A stretch of DNA of 64,000 nt from Mobula hypostoma (taxonomy: Eukaryota), in assembly GCF_963921235.1 (NCBI RefSeq), contig NC_086097.1:34908001-34972000 (forward strand), written 5' to 3'. Position 1 is the first letter of the stretch; every line of letters begins with the position of its first letter. This document shows positions 1-13,590 of this stretch, piece after piece. A program made the position numbers and the translations under genes. Below the pieces are notes generated by a model. The model saw only the letters and a program-made list of their open reading frames with translations, searched no databases and was not told the DNA's origin.

Positions 1-864
1 GTCAGAGGTTACAGCGCGACATCAATAGGATGCAGAACTGCACTGAGAAGTGGTAGATGGACTTTAACCCAGATAAGTATGAAGTGGTTCATTTTGGTGG
101 GTCCAGTTTAAAGACAGAATACAAGATAAATGGCAAGACTCTTGGCAGTGCAGAGGATCTGAGAGATCTTGGGGTCCATGTTCGTAGGACACTCAAAGCT
201 GCTGCGTAGGTTGACAGTGTTGTTAAGAAGGCATATGGTGTGTTGGCATTCATCAAACATGGGATTGAGTTCAAGAGCTGTGAGGTAATGTTATGGCTAT
301 ATAAGACCTTTGTCAGACCTCACTTGGAGTACTGTGTTCAGTTCTGGTCACCTCATTACAGGAAGGGTATGGATACTATAGAGAGAGTGCAGAGGAGATT
401 TACAAGGATGTTGTCTAGATTGGAGGGTGTATCTTATGAGAATAGGTTGAGTATACTTGGCCTTTTCTCCTTGGAGTGACAGAGGATTTGAGGTGACCTG
501 ATAGAGGTGTATAAGATGATGAGGGACATTGATCATGTGGATAGCCAGAGGCTTTTTCGCAGGGCTGAAATGGCTAACATGAGGGGGCATAGTTTTAAGG
601 TGCTTGGAAATAGGTAACCGAGGTGATGTCAGGGGTAAGTTTTTCACACAGAGAGTGGTGGGTACGTGGAATGCACTTCTGGCGGTGGTGCTGGAAGCAG
701 ATAAATAGGGTCTTCCAAGAGCTTCTTGGATAGGTAGATGGAGCTTAGAAAAAAGAGGGCTATGTGCTAGGGAAATTCTAGGCAGTCTCTAGAGTAGGTT
801 ACATGGTCAGCACAACATTGTGGGCCAAAGTGCCTGTAATGTGCTGTAAATGTCTATGTTCTAG
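1..864 (+). mobile_element. CR1 LINE 3' fragment (RT C-terminus and 3' UTR), decayed
   Basis: ORF 240-479 reads [23 protein letters not shown]...[10 protein letters not shown], the CR1 ORF2 C-terminal motif; in-frame stops; ends in a TCTATGTTCTA tail. Confidence 0.9.
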
Positions 865-1280
865 ATTTACTTTCATTTATCTGTAAGCTAACAATTTAGA
901 TAAATATTTGTAAAGTTCATTCACCGTAAAGAATCACTGATTTATTATCGATTTATCAAATTCTGGTTGAAATCCATAAATGAGACAGACCAGCAAAAAT
1001 TGGTGAAATTCAATTTGGGATATTTGATTGTATTATTATAGCTAGTGTATTCAATGGAGTTGAGTCTATGAAGACGTGGTAAACAACTTCCTCTGTTTAT
1101 ATTGCTTTCCACACAATAATTGACATAGCTAAGTTAGAATTGGACACTGATTTTAATCATAAGTTGATAAAACAGTGATTTACCAAGACCTGAAAAGATA
1201 CTGCCTGGAATTGGTATTGTTATCAATAATATTGCCTTTTTTAAAAATGCCGAATACTTATTTTCTTTCTTCCTCTCAAG

Positions 1281-1408
1281 GTGGCCGAGAGGGCGCTCTA
1301 TTACTGGAACAATGAATACATTATGAGTTTGATAGAAGAAAATTCAGCTGTAATCCTCCCCATCATGTTTCCCAGCCTCTATAGAATCTCCAAAGAACAC
1401 TGGAACCC
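1281..1408 (+). CDS. PPP2R5E: PP2A regulatory subunit B56-epsilon, internal coding exon ([43 protein letters not shown])
   Basis: Pyrimidine tract plus AG at 1279-1280; GTATGT donor at 1409; 128 nt ending in phase 2; translation matches the B56 C-terminal region, epsilon type. Confidence 0.95.
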
Positions 1409-2789
1409 GTATGTATAGTTCTAAAGCAAAAATATTTCTATTGTCTTTAAGAGCTTTTCCTGTATACTTTTTGGCTATGTTGTTTTACCACTTTGTCTTT
1501 TGTACAGCTTTAATAGTGTAAACCATCTGATTCTCATTAGTCTGAACAGAAAGCCATATTGTCTTCTCTTGTCTATTATGCGAGTACTTGCCTCCATCTC
1601 CCTCACCTCAGACAATGTTAGCCTTGAATTCAAAAGCTGGGAATCTTGAACAATTATAAAGTGCTGAAGGTCCATAGAAGAGCAGAATGGCTTTCAGAGT
1701 TTGTTCAGCTGAATATTCATTGAATAATATGATTATGTCAGGAGCACAGACACTACACTGATCAAGAGGTTGTATAGAGTTACACCTGGAGTCATTTGGG
1801 GTGAGAATTTGCATTGTTATCACTGGCAGGTGGATATGAGATATCCTGTGACACTGTTTTAGTAAGTTTTATAATGTTCTGGTCATTAAGTAGTAACACA
1901 GCAAAATGGATTGTCTGGTCATTGTAACGTTACTGTTATAGGGACTTCCTCTGTACATATTGGTTATTGTGTTTCCTCCATTACAATAATGACTGCTTTT
2001 GAAAATACGGTACTTTTGAAACTGAGGTTATGCGTGGCATTGTATAAATGCAAATCCATTTTTTTTATTACTTAAGTGATTATTGGTGTCTAGTTTTTAT
2101 TAATCCCATTATAGCAGTTTATTAATGATTCAGAAAGTGGAAACTTTGTTTTCCCTTTCTCGAGGTTCACTTGTAGATCGTGTGGTTGTATGACTGTAAA
2201 ATCATGATGATTACGGATGTGAGTATGCATTGATAAGTGCACAAAATTTTCTGAACTTTGAAAGCAAATGATAACAAAATTGGTTCAAGGAGATGCTGAA
2301 GGACAGGTGGATAGGTTTTAGTAAACCAGAGAGTTAATGATAAAATCATTCAAATAGAGCACCCTCTGCAGGAAGAAAGGAACATGATGCGTCTTCTGTT
2401 AATTTTCAACAGCAAATTAGGTCAGCCTTTGAATAGTTTGTAATGTCTTTCATTTGCATGTTGGAAGAAATGGTAATTTGCAGGTACTTGACTTTTTTTT
2501 GCTTTCATTTGAGGTTGTTTTTTGAGTATAAGATGTTTTGTATCTGCAGTAAGTCATTGGATCTGAACTGAAAAATAATACCCTAAGGCAGTTTTTTTCC
2601 CTTGTAAACAGCCATTTTCCATTTTTGATTTTGCTTATTCTATATCTAAGCAATTACATACTGTAGGGGAGCCGATTACATAGAATTGTTGTAGCTGTTG
2701 TGATTGCTATTTTTCCCCTCTTCAAGAAATTTTTTTTAAAAATGGAAAAAGTGAACCAACCACAACTAATGAAATTAGACTTTAATGAA

Positions 2790-2993
2790 AATGGAAAATG
2801 CATGTCTGTCAGCATCTATTAGGGAGAAACAGAACTAATGTTTCAGGACTGTGATCTGTTAAACAGACAACATGAATGCCCATTGACCTGAAACTTAACC
2901 TTGTTGTTCTCGACATAAGATGCCTGACCTGAGTATTTATAGCATTTTCTGTTTTCAGTTTCAGGTTTCCAACATCTGCACTATTTTGCTTTT
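2790..2993 (+). mobile_element. Old self-inverted Penelope-like terminal-repeat element in a PPP2R5E intron
   Basis: Inverted arms (GAAAATGC/GCATTTTC, GCATCT/AGATGC, GTTTCAGG/CCTGAAAC) plus a tail TTTCCAACATCTGCA resembling the tail of the young copies at 21.9 and 22.9 kb. Confidence 0.55.
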
Positions 2994-4239
2994 GTTAAAT
3001 TAAAACTGTAAACTTAAAAAGGAAGAGACTTATAATGTTGCCAAATAGAGTAGCACCCATGAGGATTTTGGAATTCAATAATGGATAGTCAAGAAATTAA
3101 TAGAGAGACAAATGGAATGAGCATAAAATAGCAAGGCATACAAACAATAGGTATGTAAACATCTGTGGAAGAAATATTGTGTGTCCCTTGTGCCAGAGAG
3201 ATATTGTAATACAGTAAGGAAATGACAGGCATTAAACAAATGATTTGTATTTACCTTTATAGTAGAAGGCATGGTGATTCCGGTAAGCTTTCTTTGAATC
3301 AGAAACTTAAAAAGTAAAATTAGTAAAGTGGTTGTATTGCAGAAATTAATGTAACAAACAGCAGACATTTCCTAAACATGATCTTGTTTTTTGATGAACT
3401 AATGATGACGAATACAGAAATAGTGAATGAAATGATTTGTTTCTTCCAGAAGTGTCCAAATTTTTAAATGTTCTCTGCAGACTAAAAGGAAATGTACATA
3501 ACCATGCTGTACAAGAAAAGGAGAGAGAGCAAAGGACTAGACACTCTGATGTCAGTTATGGAAAAAATGTTATGATTTGTTGTTGAGTTGTGGTACAGGG
3601 TACTTAAGCAACTCATGAGAATGGGTAAAATAGTAAAAAGAAAATTGTTATTTTCTGAGGTTGTAACTGGCGTGGAAGGGGGGAACAGTGAATCATCAAT
3701 CAATTATGTGGGGATTGTAGGTTCCCTTCTCAGAATAATTAGTTTATGGTAATTGGGTAGTTTCAAGGCAATAAACAGCTCTTTAAATTTACCTCTGAAG
3801 TGCTATGGTAGGTTTCAGAGTTGACTTAGAATCAAAAATGCTGGCAATAATTACATGTGCAGTGAATTAGGCACTATGATATAGCATAGCATTAGGTGTA
3901 TGCATTTAATAAGGTCACAATCATATCACAATTAGGGCTCAAGGGTTTGGGAGCAATGTCTCTCTTGAAGTATTTTGCATAAAATATTGTACAAGAAAGA
4001 TAGTTTTTATGGTTGGTAAGTAATAACTAGCCTGTCATTTCTTGAGTTGTAATTTTGGTTATAAGTGACTTTGGAGGAAATCCAGTATAATGAATAGAAG
4101 TTTGCTCATAGTTCAAACTGGAAATTAAGACAGCATACAGAGAGACATAAAGGTATGAATGACCAATAAACGTGACAGAATGAATATAATATGGATGCGT
4201 ATTAAGCTATCCACTTTGGTTGGAAAATAAATATAATTA

Positions 4240-6393
4240 CATTGGACTTCAGTTAATTAGGATACATTTTGGCCCAATTAGAGTCATAGGGAAGTACACC
4301 ACAGAAACAGACCCTTTGGTCCATCTAGTTCATGCCAAAACCATTTAAACTGCCTGCTCCCATCTACCTGCACCGGGACCATTGCCCTCCATACCTCTAG
4401 CATCCATGTACCTATCCAAACTTCTCTTTAATGTTGAAATCAAGCTCTCATGTACCACTTGTGCTGGCAGCTCATTCCACACGCTCACAACCCTCTGAGT
4501 GAAGAAGTTCCCCTCATGTACCCCATAAACTTTTCACCTTTCAATCTTAACCCATGACCTCTAATTGTAATCCCACCCAACCTCATTGGGGAGAAAGCTT
4601 GCATTTACCCTGCTTGTATTTACGATATCTATACCTTTATTATTTTGTATACCTTTATCAAATCTTCCCTCAATCTTCTACATTCTAAGGAATACAGTCC
4701 TAACCTATTGAATCTTTCCTTATAACTCAGGTCCTCCAGACCTGGCAACATCCTTGTAAATTTTCTCTGTACTCTTTCAACTTTGTTTACATCTTTCCTG
4801 GAGGTAGGTGACCAAAACTGCACACAGTACTCCAAATTAGGTCTCAACAATGTTTTATACAACTTCAACATAACATTCTATCTCCTGAGCTCAGTACATT
4901 GATATATGAAGGTCAGTATGTCAAAAGCTTTCTTTTTGACCCTATCTACCTGTGACACCACTTTCAACAAATTATGGGCATGTATTCCCAGGTCCCTTTG
5001 TTCTACCACACTCCTCAGTGCCCTACCAATCACTGCGTTAGACCTAACCTGGTTGGTCCTACTGAAGTGCAAAACCTTGCCCTTGTCTGCATTAAGTTCC
5101 TTCTGGCATTTTTCCAGCTAATGCAGATCCCTCTGCAAGCCATGATTGCCTTCCACTACACCCCCAATGTTGGTGTCAACCTCAAATTTACTGATTAAGT
5201 TAACCACATTATCATCCAGATCATTGATAATAGATGACAAACAGCAACAGACCCAGCACCCTTCGGCACTCCATTAGGTCTCCAGTCAAAGAGACAACCA
5301 TCTATCACTCTCTGGTTTCTCCCACAAAGCCAATGTCAAATCCAATTTACTACCTCATCTTGAATGCTGAGTGACTGAACCTTCTTGACCATACTCACAT
5401 ACGGGACCTTGTCAAATGCCTTACTAAAGTCCATGTGGACAATACTGCCTTGCCTTCATCCACTTTCCTAGTAGCTTCCTCGAAAATATTTATAAGATTG
5501 GTTAGATATGACCTACTACACACAAAGCCATGCTGACTATCCTTAGTCAGTCCATGACTACCCAAATATTTGTATATTCGGTCCCTTAGAATACCTTCCA
5601 ATAACTTTCCCAAAACTGATGTCAGACTCACCAACCAACTAGCCAAAGTTTTATGAAATATTTGAAAAGGTATTAAAAAAAACAAACTACCGTTTAGCTG
5701 AGTAACAAATTATGTATTTATATGAAGTACAGAACAAATTAGAATGCTACAATACTACAGTACAAATCTGTGTATTAGTTCTTAATAGTTATCAACAGAA
5801 GAATGCATTCAGAGTATGATGCCATATTCTTTCGATTGACTGTAAAGGAACAAAATTAGTGCAGACACTTAGTGCGGATAATGGACTGTCTTCATATAAT
5901 ACTTTCACTGATTGCATCTTCCAAATCTTTATTTTCATTATAACATTCAAAATGATTGTCAATAACTTCAAATTCTTCAACTACTTGTTGAAGTAGTGAA
6001 GTCGTTTTATTTTCACCCTGAGCTGTTTCTGGCATCTCTAAGCTTGAATGCTTGAAACTGTAGTGAGCAAAACAGTTCTGAATTGTTTTACTGCTTACTT
6101 CTTGCCAACTATTAGTAACAAAAATCACTTTTTTGAACACAAACACACGCAACTGGCACTATTTAAAAACTGTTAGTTTTAATCATGGTATAGTGTTGCT
6201 ATGGCCACAAATGGCACGCAACTGATGCTAGTTAGAAACTGTTCAGCAACAGTCTCCAATCCCAATTAAGCGGCATAGTGTCCCAAATAAACAAAGTGAA
6301 TCCTGGCTATTTTCACTCCAGTTTTTATTCCATAAGAGTTGAAAGTAAGCAGCTGCCCGATTAACCAATGACCTAATTAACCAGAATCTACTG
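4240..6393 (-). mobile_element. Tigger/pogo-like DNA transposon, internally deleted and split by a CR1
   Basis: Degenerate TIRs (CATTGGACTTCAGTTAATT ... AATTAACCAGAATCTACTG) flanked by TA; ORF 5892-6152 SWQEVSSKTIQNCF resembles the pogo DDE C-terminus; homologous to 12317-13070. Confidence 0.75.
4281..5636 (-). mobile_element. 5'-truncated CR1 LINE inserted into the Tigger-like element
   Basis: Minus-strand RT fragments: SLTSVLGKLLEGILRD, DSQHGFV, LYKTLLRPNLEYCVQFWSP. Confidence 0.9.
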
Positions 6394-7440
6394 TATTTCT
6401 AAGTATTGTGGAAGACTAGAAAATGTATTGGTATTTTGATGAATCTCAAATGTGTAGGTATAACAATTTGTATAGCAAACCTTTAGATATTAATCTTTAA
6501 TAACAAAAGTATCAAGAGCACAAAGTCCTACCAGCTTGGTGAGATGACCATCTGGGGTATTCTGTACATTTCTGGGCTCCATCCGTTTCTTGGTGCACAG
6601 CAGTTCACAAAAATAATTGTTTTGTTAGAGCGAGTAGAACAAGAATACTTCCAAAAGCAAAATAAGTGTAGATGCTGGAAATCCAAAATGAAACAAAATG
6701 GTAAAGGTACTTGGGGTTGGAAGTGTTTATAGAGAGAGAAAATGCTTCAGGTTAGTTACTGACGGTCACTCCCACAAAGCCTGTCTGCCGACCCACATAT
6801 TTTCGAATTTAGAAGAACATGAGTTTATCTATAAATATGATATTCTTTGGAAGTTTGACAAGATAGAAGCTGGAAGGAGTCATTAGCCAGTGGGTGGTAA
6901 CATCAGAACCTGAGATTTAGATTTATCTATCACATGTATGTCGAAACATGCTGTGAAATGTGTGGTTTGATGTGCTGGAGGCAACCCAGAAGCGTCACCA
7001 CACACTCTGATGCCAACATGAAAGCAATTTTCCTTCATTGGATGGGCTCAGAATCATTGAGTTTTCCATTCCTGAAGCTGCTTTATTGTTCTGTCATTCT
7101 GTATTTTGAAAACACACTACAGTAGATATTTGGAAAGAAAGAATATTCAGGATATGGGAATGATGACAAGATGGCAGTGGAAAATCAGCTAAGTTCTTGC
7201 TGATGGAGCTGCTTGAAGCTCTGCGGGCCCACTCCTGCACCAAACCTTGTGCCTTCAAGGGATCTTTTATATTTATGTTTGATTTCTGTTTCAAAGTCTG
7301 CACAAATGATTTGTCATAGTGTATTCTGCTAATCTACTGTTGAGATTTATTCATATTCTTTCAATGATGGTCATTGAGTTTATCTTAATTTACTGTATAC
7401 ACACTTCTCATTGATCAGTGCATGTTTTTGCATTCTTCAG

Positions 7441-7542
7441 GGCAATTGTAGCTTTAGTCTACAATGTATTGAAGGCTTTTATGGAAATGAACGGCCCCTT
7501 GTTTGATGAGCTGACAGCAACCTACAAGTCAGATCGGCAAAA
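7441..7542 (+). CDS. PPP2R5E: B56-epsilon penultimate coding exon ([33 protein letters not shown])
   Basis: TTCTTCAG acceptor; GTAAGA donor at 7543; 102 nt; phase compatible with the exon at 1281-1408. Confidence 0.95.
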
Positions 7543-8122
7543 GTAAGATTTTATTGCAGTAGATGAATTATGTTAAGTGTAGAATTACTTTTAAAGGCCC
7601 TAACTGAAGTACTAAAATATGTAGCTGTGGATTTGAGACCTTAATGGTGTGGATTTACTCAAAAAATCATAACTAAGTGAATCAGTGGGTGAGAGGGAAC
7701 CACAGAGACTAGAGATCATTTTAAGGGCACCTAGTATATTCTGGCCATGTAGTGAAATACAGATATTAGAAAGCATTGTAGTTTCCAATTTGCAGTTGCC
7801 ACCCAACCACGTTCCTGCCCCTGAACATTAAGAATAATTGTGAATGTACATTTCTAGACATAAAAGTACTAGTCTAAAAGATGTTTAATGCAGTTAACCA
7901 CATAAAAGATATTTGCCGTGTAAGCAAAACTTTTATTCATCGTTGACTGCAGTAACAGGTTAGGAGTTTAGCAATTCTGTGTTAAAGGCTTGAATGGGGG
8001 TTCTCAAAGACATTGACTAAAAATTATGATCTATTTTTTTCTGATAAAGTATATTATGAAAAAAATATCCACTTGCAACTTGAGATTATAAATATATAGT
8101 CCTGATTTAATATGTTTTTCAG

Positions 8123-8216
8123 AGAAAAGAAAAAGGAAAAGGAGCGGGAAGAACTTTGGAAAAAATTGGGTGCTCTTGAAATAAAGAAAGGTGTGAAAAA
8201 AGGGATTTCATCTTAA
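8123..8216 (+). CDS. PPP2R5E: B56-epsilon last coding exon (EKKKEKEREELWKKLGALEIKKGVKKGISS*)
   Basis: TTTTTCAG acceptor; frame continues from the previous exon; TAA at 8214-8216. Confidence 0.93.
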
Positions 8217-11160
8217 AGAAGCATGGTACCAATATTCCATGGTATACATTTATGTAGTAAGAGATGGATCAATGGTCTTTTGTATTGTGCTACTTTACAG
8301 TAGATTTCACATCTGTTTCATTATGAATGACAGTTCTGTAACAGTACTGTATATAACTTTTCTCATGTTTAAATAGTATGGCAAAAGGAGGGGAACCAAT
8401 ACAAAACTTGTACAGTAGATTGATGTCTGAGAATTCTTATGTAAATGTAGTCATTGTTTAACTTTTTCCAAAAAAGAAGAAAAAACATCCTTTTGCATTA
8501 GCACAGATACTCCAAGAAGTTTGCTATTTCAAAATACCCAGATATGTTTCCCTACTTATTGGTGGCAGACCGCAAGAAAATATTTTTTTAGACTGAAGAT
8601 TGTGTTCTGCTTGTCCCTGTGACTTTGCTGCAATTTAATTTATAGTTACAGAAAAGTTTGTGGATGTTTTCTTTTTAATTTGTTGGTTTTAAACCTCTTA
8701 TGGTGTTAAAATACCTCTAGACACAGCACACTAAACTGTGTAAAGGTTAATATCCATGTGCATCAAGATGCTGTTCATTATTTTTTTACCTAGAAGTGTA
8801 TTAAAATGCACTGCCAGGAGATACGGTATACTGAATATTAAAGTATCTGTTAAAGATACATAATTGTTTTGTTTGGATACGGAACTGAATAAACAAAATG
8901 TAGACAGTAAAGAACCAAATTTTAAGTTTGGGTATATATTGTTCATTGGAATTATAGACTACATATCCTCTTTAACCTGCTGTATTTCACACTTGCATCG
9001 AGCATCATTAATTCATACAACTAGCTTTAATTTGAAGATTCCCGTATGGAAGTGAACACACTTCCCTAATCCATAACTAGTGCATATTTTGGTGCATTAT
9101 TCATGGTGTGTATGAGATTCCGTGTTTCAGTTATATTCAGTGTTGTGTGGCACGACACTTGTGTTGTTGGGATTGTGTACCTGACTAATTTAATAAGGGG
9201 GGAGTGGGTCATCAATACCATACGCATCTTAACCTTTTTAAAAAATCTAATGAAGCAGTAGGGAATTGAGCCATAATGTCTTGTGGCATAATAAGCCCTG
9301 TGTTGATCCAGTTGGAATGTTACACTACCAGTGTTATATTGCTCCATGTGTCACACCACTCTGTTGATGTAACAGCTTTTTTTGAAATCCCACCAGGTGT
9401 GGGAAAGAGTAGGGTATAAAACTTTGTTTTTTTTTAAATAAAACTTTTTTTGTAATTTTTAAAAATTTTACTGCAGATCTGACATGCGCATCGTCTTGCA
9501 CTGTTCCCAACCTACAAAGGAAACCCACCTCAGACTTTACAAAAAAAAAAGAGCATTGAGCTTCACAGGTTTTGCTCAGTCTTGCTCTTCAAAATGTAAT
9601 AAGCTGCCCCTGTTAAATCTGATGGCCATGTTAATATGATTTCTTTCAGCTTTTGGAAAAAACTGAGTGGCTGAAAGGAATTACTGCCTCATCAAGCAAT
9701 ATATGCTGTTTAATAATTACTCATTGTTTCAAATTTTGATGCAAAATATTTGCACTCAATTAGTACTGGTTACTGTACCGTACATGTTGTACTTCAGAAC
9801 GGCACTTTTACAGGTGCAAAAAGTAACCAGAGATTTAATGTGGGTGTGTTACTTATCTGCTCTTTATTTACTCGTTTTGTGTGTGATGCTCAAAAGCAAA
9901 AAAAAATCTTGAGAGCAGAAATAAGAGACTTCAGGGATGACTGGGGCTTGAAAGAAACTTATTCAACTTCTCTCAGTTGAGAAACAAATTTAGATTCTTA
10001 AGTGGGCTCCACAGTGCTTTCAAAAAGTAATAAATGGTGAATGTGATGATGCACTGTAGTCTGTTATTAGTCAGTAACCTCCCATGTTTAAGCAATCCAA
10101 GTATTGCTTAGTGTGCACATTGGTCATATATGTGGTTTTTGATACCAACATAAAGTTACTGTATTTCATGACAGATTACTGTGTGAATGCCCTTAGGTCC
10201 GCTTTTGGATCACATATTGTAAATAGGCTGTAATCAGAAGTTCATGTATGACTGCAGAGTTTTAAAAATACAGATCTTATCAATGAATTGCTGGTGTTAT
10301 CTTCTTTATCAAATATAGAACGACAATGCCACACATCTAGGATGCTCTGTAAGGAAAATGTACTTACATATTTTTCATATCTTTTTCTGGCAGTATTACT
10401 AAAATCCTGCAATGTATTATTACGATGTTGCATAATTGTACAGTAATGAATCAAACATCCTATAAATTATATTCCTAAAACTGAGGTTAACTTTCCTGTT
10501 TTGTCAAAACGGCTGATTTAAAGAGTATTTTCAACTCAGTGGCATTGCATTAAACATAAGATGTTAATACCCAAATCACTTATATTAAACTGGCATCAGT
10601 CATATTAAGGATCACCTTAATCACCACACAAATACCATAAGCTTTTTGTCCCCTGTGCGCCACTCATCATTGACCTGGGTCAGCTGTTTTTTTAAGTCTA
10701 ACATTGGAATACAGATTAATTTAGTTGGTTTGTATAAGACCATAAGGTTTGTTATGGTTTCTATTAACCTTATGGTATATAAGGTTTGCTATGCAACATG
10801 TTTTAGCAATTTCCAAGTGTCTCACTCTTTCTGTTCCTTGCTAGAGAATTAGAAATGAAACCAATGTAAAAGAACCATGTAAACAAAGTGTTGTTGATCT
10901 TGGCTTTACTTTCTCATATACTGTCAATGGTAAAGAACTGATGTCATTAATACTCAGCAAAGAAATCCAATTTACATGAAACACAATGCATTGAGCAATA
11001 ATTTTGTGAAATTACACACTGAAAGCTATTGTATGGAACTTAAATGTAAATTTCTTTCCTTAGTGTGCATTGTATAAAATTTGATATAGTAGTCTTGCTG
11101 ATCTGGAAGCAACATTTTAATAACATTTAATGAGTAAAATTCAAAATTTATGTGACTCAA
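8217..11160 (+). promoter_or_regulatory. PPP2R5E: Probable long 3' UTR of PPP2R5E (3' end uncertain)
   Basis: AT-rich and free of recognisable transposons; AATAAA at 8888, 9437 and 10029, AGTAAA at 11133; TGTAHATA motifs at 8348 and 10218. Confidence 0.6.
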
Positions 11161-12316
11161 TTCATTTTTCAGTTTAATGACAATTTCTTATGTCTAATTG
11201 ACATTTTATTTATTGCTTTTGTAACCGTTATGAAGATTTGATGTGGAACTGTTCAGAAGGTCTTTAATGCTGCGCTCCAGGACAATGTTTCACATTAAAC
11301 TTGAATCAGAAGTTAAGCCTGTAGTTTCATGTAGTTTAAAAGCCACTGTGTTAAATGCAGTGGGGTTGAAGAGGAGGGGAGGAGTGCTGTGGTTGGTGGT
11401 GGTGAGTTCTTATAAGCTATGTCTTATGAGAAAATGTAACATTTGTGGTTGGAAACTTCCTGAAGTAGACGATTCACATAGCACACATGTTCTTTATCTC
11501 AAAGCTGATGATAATTTATACTATATTTGAGTTGGCATTTTAAGTATTGTTCAGCTTCACCAAAGCTATGCTGGTAATGGTGTAATTAGTTCTTTTTTTA
11601 TTTGTGTTTATAAACAAAATGCAGCAAAAATATAATTTAATTTCCCTATTATGACACCAATCTAATATTTATTAGTATTGCTTAAATAATGGTTTCTGAC
11701 AAAGAATTTCAAATGCTTGCCTTAAATTTTGACGGAAGGTTTAGAATAGGGTGTCACCTTGACTACTTGTGGAAGCCATGTTTATTTTCACTTAAGTAAA
11801 AGACCTTAAAGTTTAATGATCTGTCAAAAAGAAGCTTTGACATTTTAGTTCAGTTCCTAACATAAATCACCCTTCCACCCCCACCCGTCTCCCCTACCAA
11901 TTCACTTCAGTCTGAGTAAAAGAAGAACCTCATCATTGATTACAGATTTTACAAGCAGAGCTCTTGCAATGCATCCACTGATGAATGTGGAACTTCTCTT
12001 TTTTTTTAATCACTTGGGGACTTAAGGCAAATGCAGCCTATTATCAATAATAATAACATGACAGTGTTTGAACATGAAGGCCACTTTGATATAGAGTACA
12101 TGAGCAATTTCAAAAGACCTACTTAAAACTATAATTGTCCACTGCTAGTGTGTAATTGCTAGTTTTTTTAAGAGCTTAACCTACAAGTAAAGTGATGGTA
12201 CAACATAGGCTTTTTGAATCCAGGCCACTCTTTGTTTCTCCAATGTACCCAGTGACTCCTCTGGATAAAACTGGTTGTTTTGCTGCTTGGTTCACAACAC
12301 CCCCTTTTCTTCTACA

Positions 12317-13070
12317 CAGTGGATTTTGGTTAATTGGGTCACATCAGGACCTGTACATTTTGACCCAATGTAGTGGCTACCCTGATTAGCCTTAGTTTGA
12401 TGGAAATAGTTTAAAAATGAATAAATGACCAACTGAGTAACAAATTATGTATTTAAATAAGGAACAAATTAAAACATTGCTAATAGTACTACATACTATA
12501 AAACTGTATTAGTTCCTAATAGTTATCGACAAAGGAATTCATCCAGTGTATGCAATGAGCAAAATCAGCACGGACACCTGGTGCAGATAATGGACTGCCA
12601 TCATACAAAAGTATTGACAATTGCATCCTCCAAATCTTCATTTTCATTGTCGCTACCTTCAAATTCTTTGTAGTTCAAGTTTGTTGAAGTAGTTAATCAT
12701 TTCATTTCCACTCCCAGATGTTTTTAGCACCTCCAAGCCCGAAGGCTTGAAACCGCAGTGATCAAAACAGTTCTGAATAGTCTTGCTGCTTATTTCTCAC
12801 CAACTGTCAGTGATAAAATCATCCTGCTTTTTGAACACAAGTGCTCACAACTCTCACTATTTAAAAACTTTTTACTCTATGCATGGTGTGTAGTGCCTAA
12901 TGGCCACACGTGCATGACTGATGCTAGTTAGAACCTGTTCAGCAAGTCTCCTGTCCCAAAGAAAGGAAGGGAATCTTGGCAATATTAGTGTTTAGTTTTC
13001 GTTCTTTAAGAGTTTTCCCAAATAAACAGCTGTCCGGATTAACCATGGCCCAATTAACTGGAATCCATTG
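12317..13070 (-). mobile_element. Non-autonomous Tigger/pogo-like element (same family as 4240-6393)
   Basis: TIRs CAGTGGATTTTGGTTAATTGG ... CCAATTAACTGGAATCCATTG; internal sequence colinear with 5640-6393. Confidence 0.8.
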
Positions 13071-13109
13071 TGATTTGATTTTGGTTGATTCTAGCAATTA
13101 AAGGCATTT

Positions 13110-13590
13110 AGAGTCAGAATAATACAGTGTAGAAGCAAGCCCTTTGACCCAACTCCTTCATGCTCATTAGGATGCACATCTAAACTAATCCCATTTGCCT
13201 GTGTTGAGTCCATATTCCTCTAAACCTTTTGAACTGTCTTTTAAATGTGGTTATTGTACTTGCCTGAACCACTTCCTCCAACAGCTCCTTTCATACATGC
13301 ACTGTTCTCTGCAGGAAGGATTCCCTTGGGTCCCTTTAAGTTTTTTTTACCATCTCAACTTAAATCTTTGGCCTCTGGTTTTTGATTCCCTTTCCCTGCG
13401 GGTGTGGGGGGGGGGTGGGTGTAGAGAAAGGACTGTGTGCATATCTCATCAATGCCTCTTATGATTTTATACACCTCTACAAGGTCACTCCTTAGTCTTC
13501 AGTGCTGTAAGGAGTAAAGTCTTAGCATGTCCACCTCTCAGGCCATTGAATTCTGGCAGCATTCTTATAAATTCTCTGCCCTCTTTTAAG
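13110..13590 (-). mobile_element. Old CR1 3' fragment
   Basis: Degenerate match to the reverse complement of the CR1 3' ends elsewhere in the window. Confidence 0.6.

Noticed and set aside
8731..11530. Short ORFs in the AT-rich region after the PPP2R5E stop
   Set aside because: No recognisable motifs or splice structure; consistent with chance ORFs in a 3' UTR
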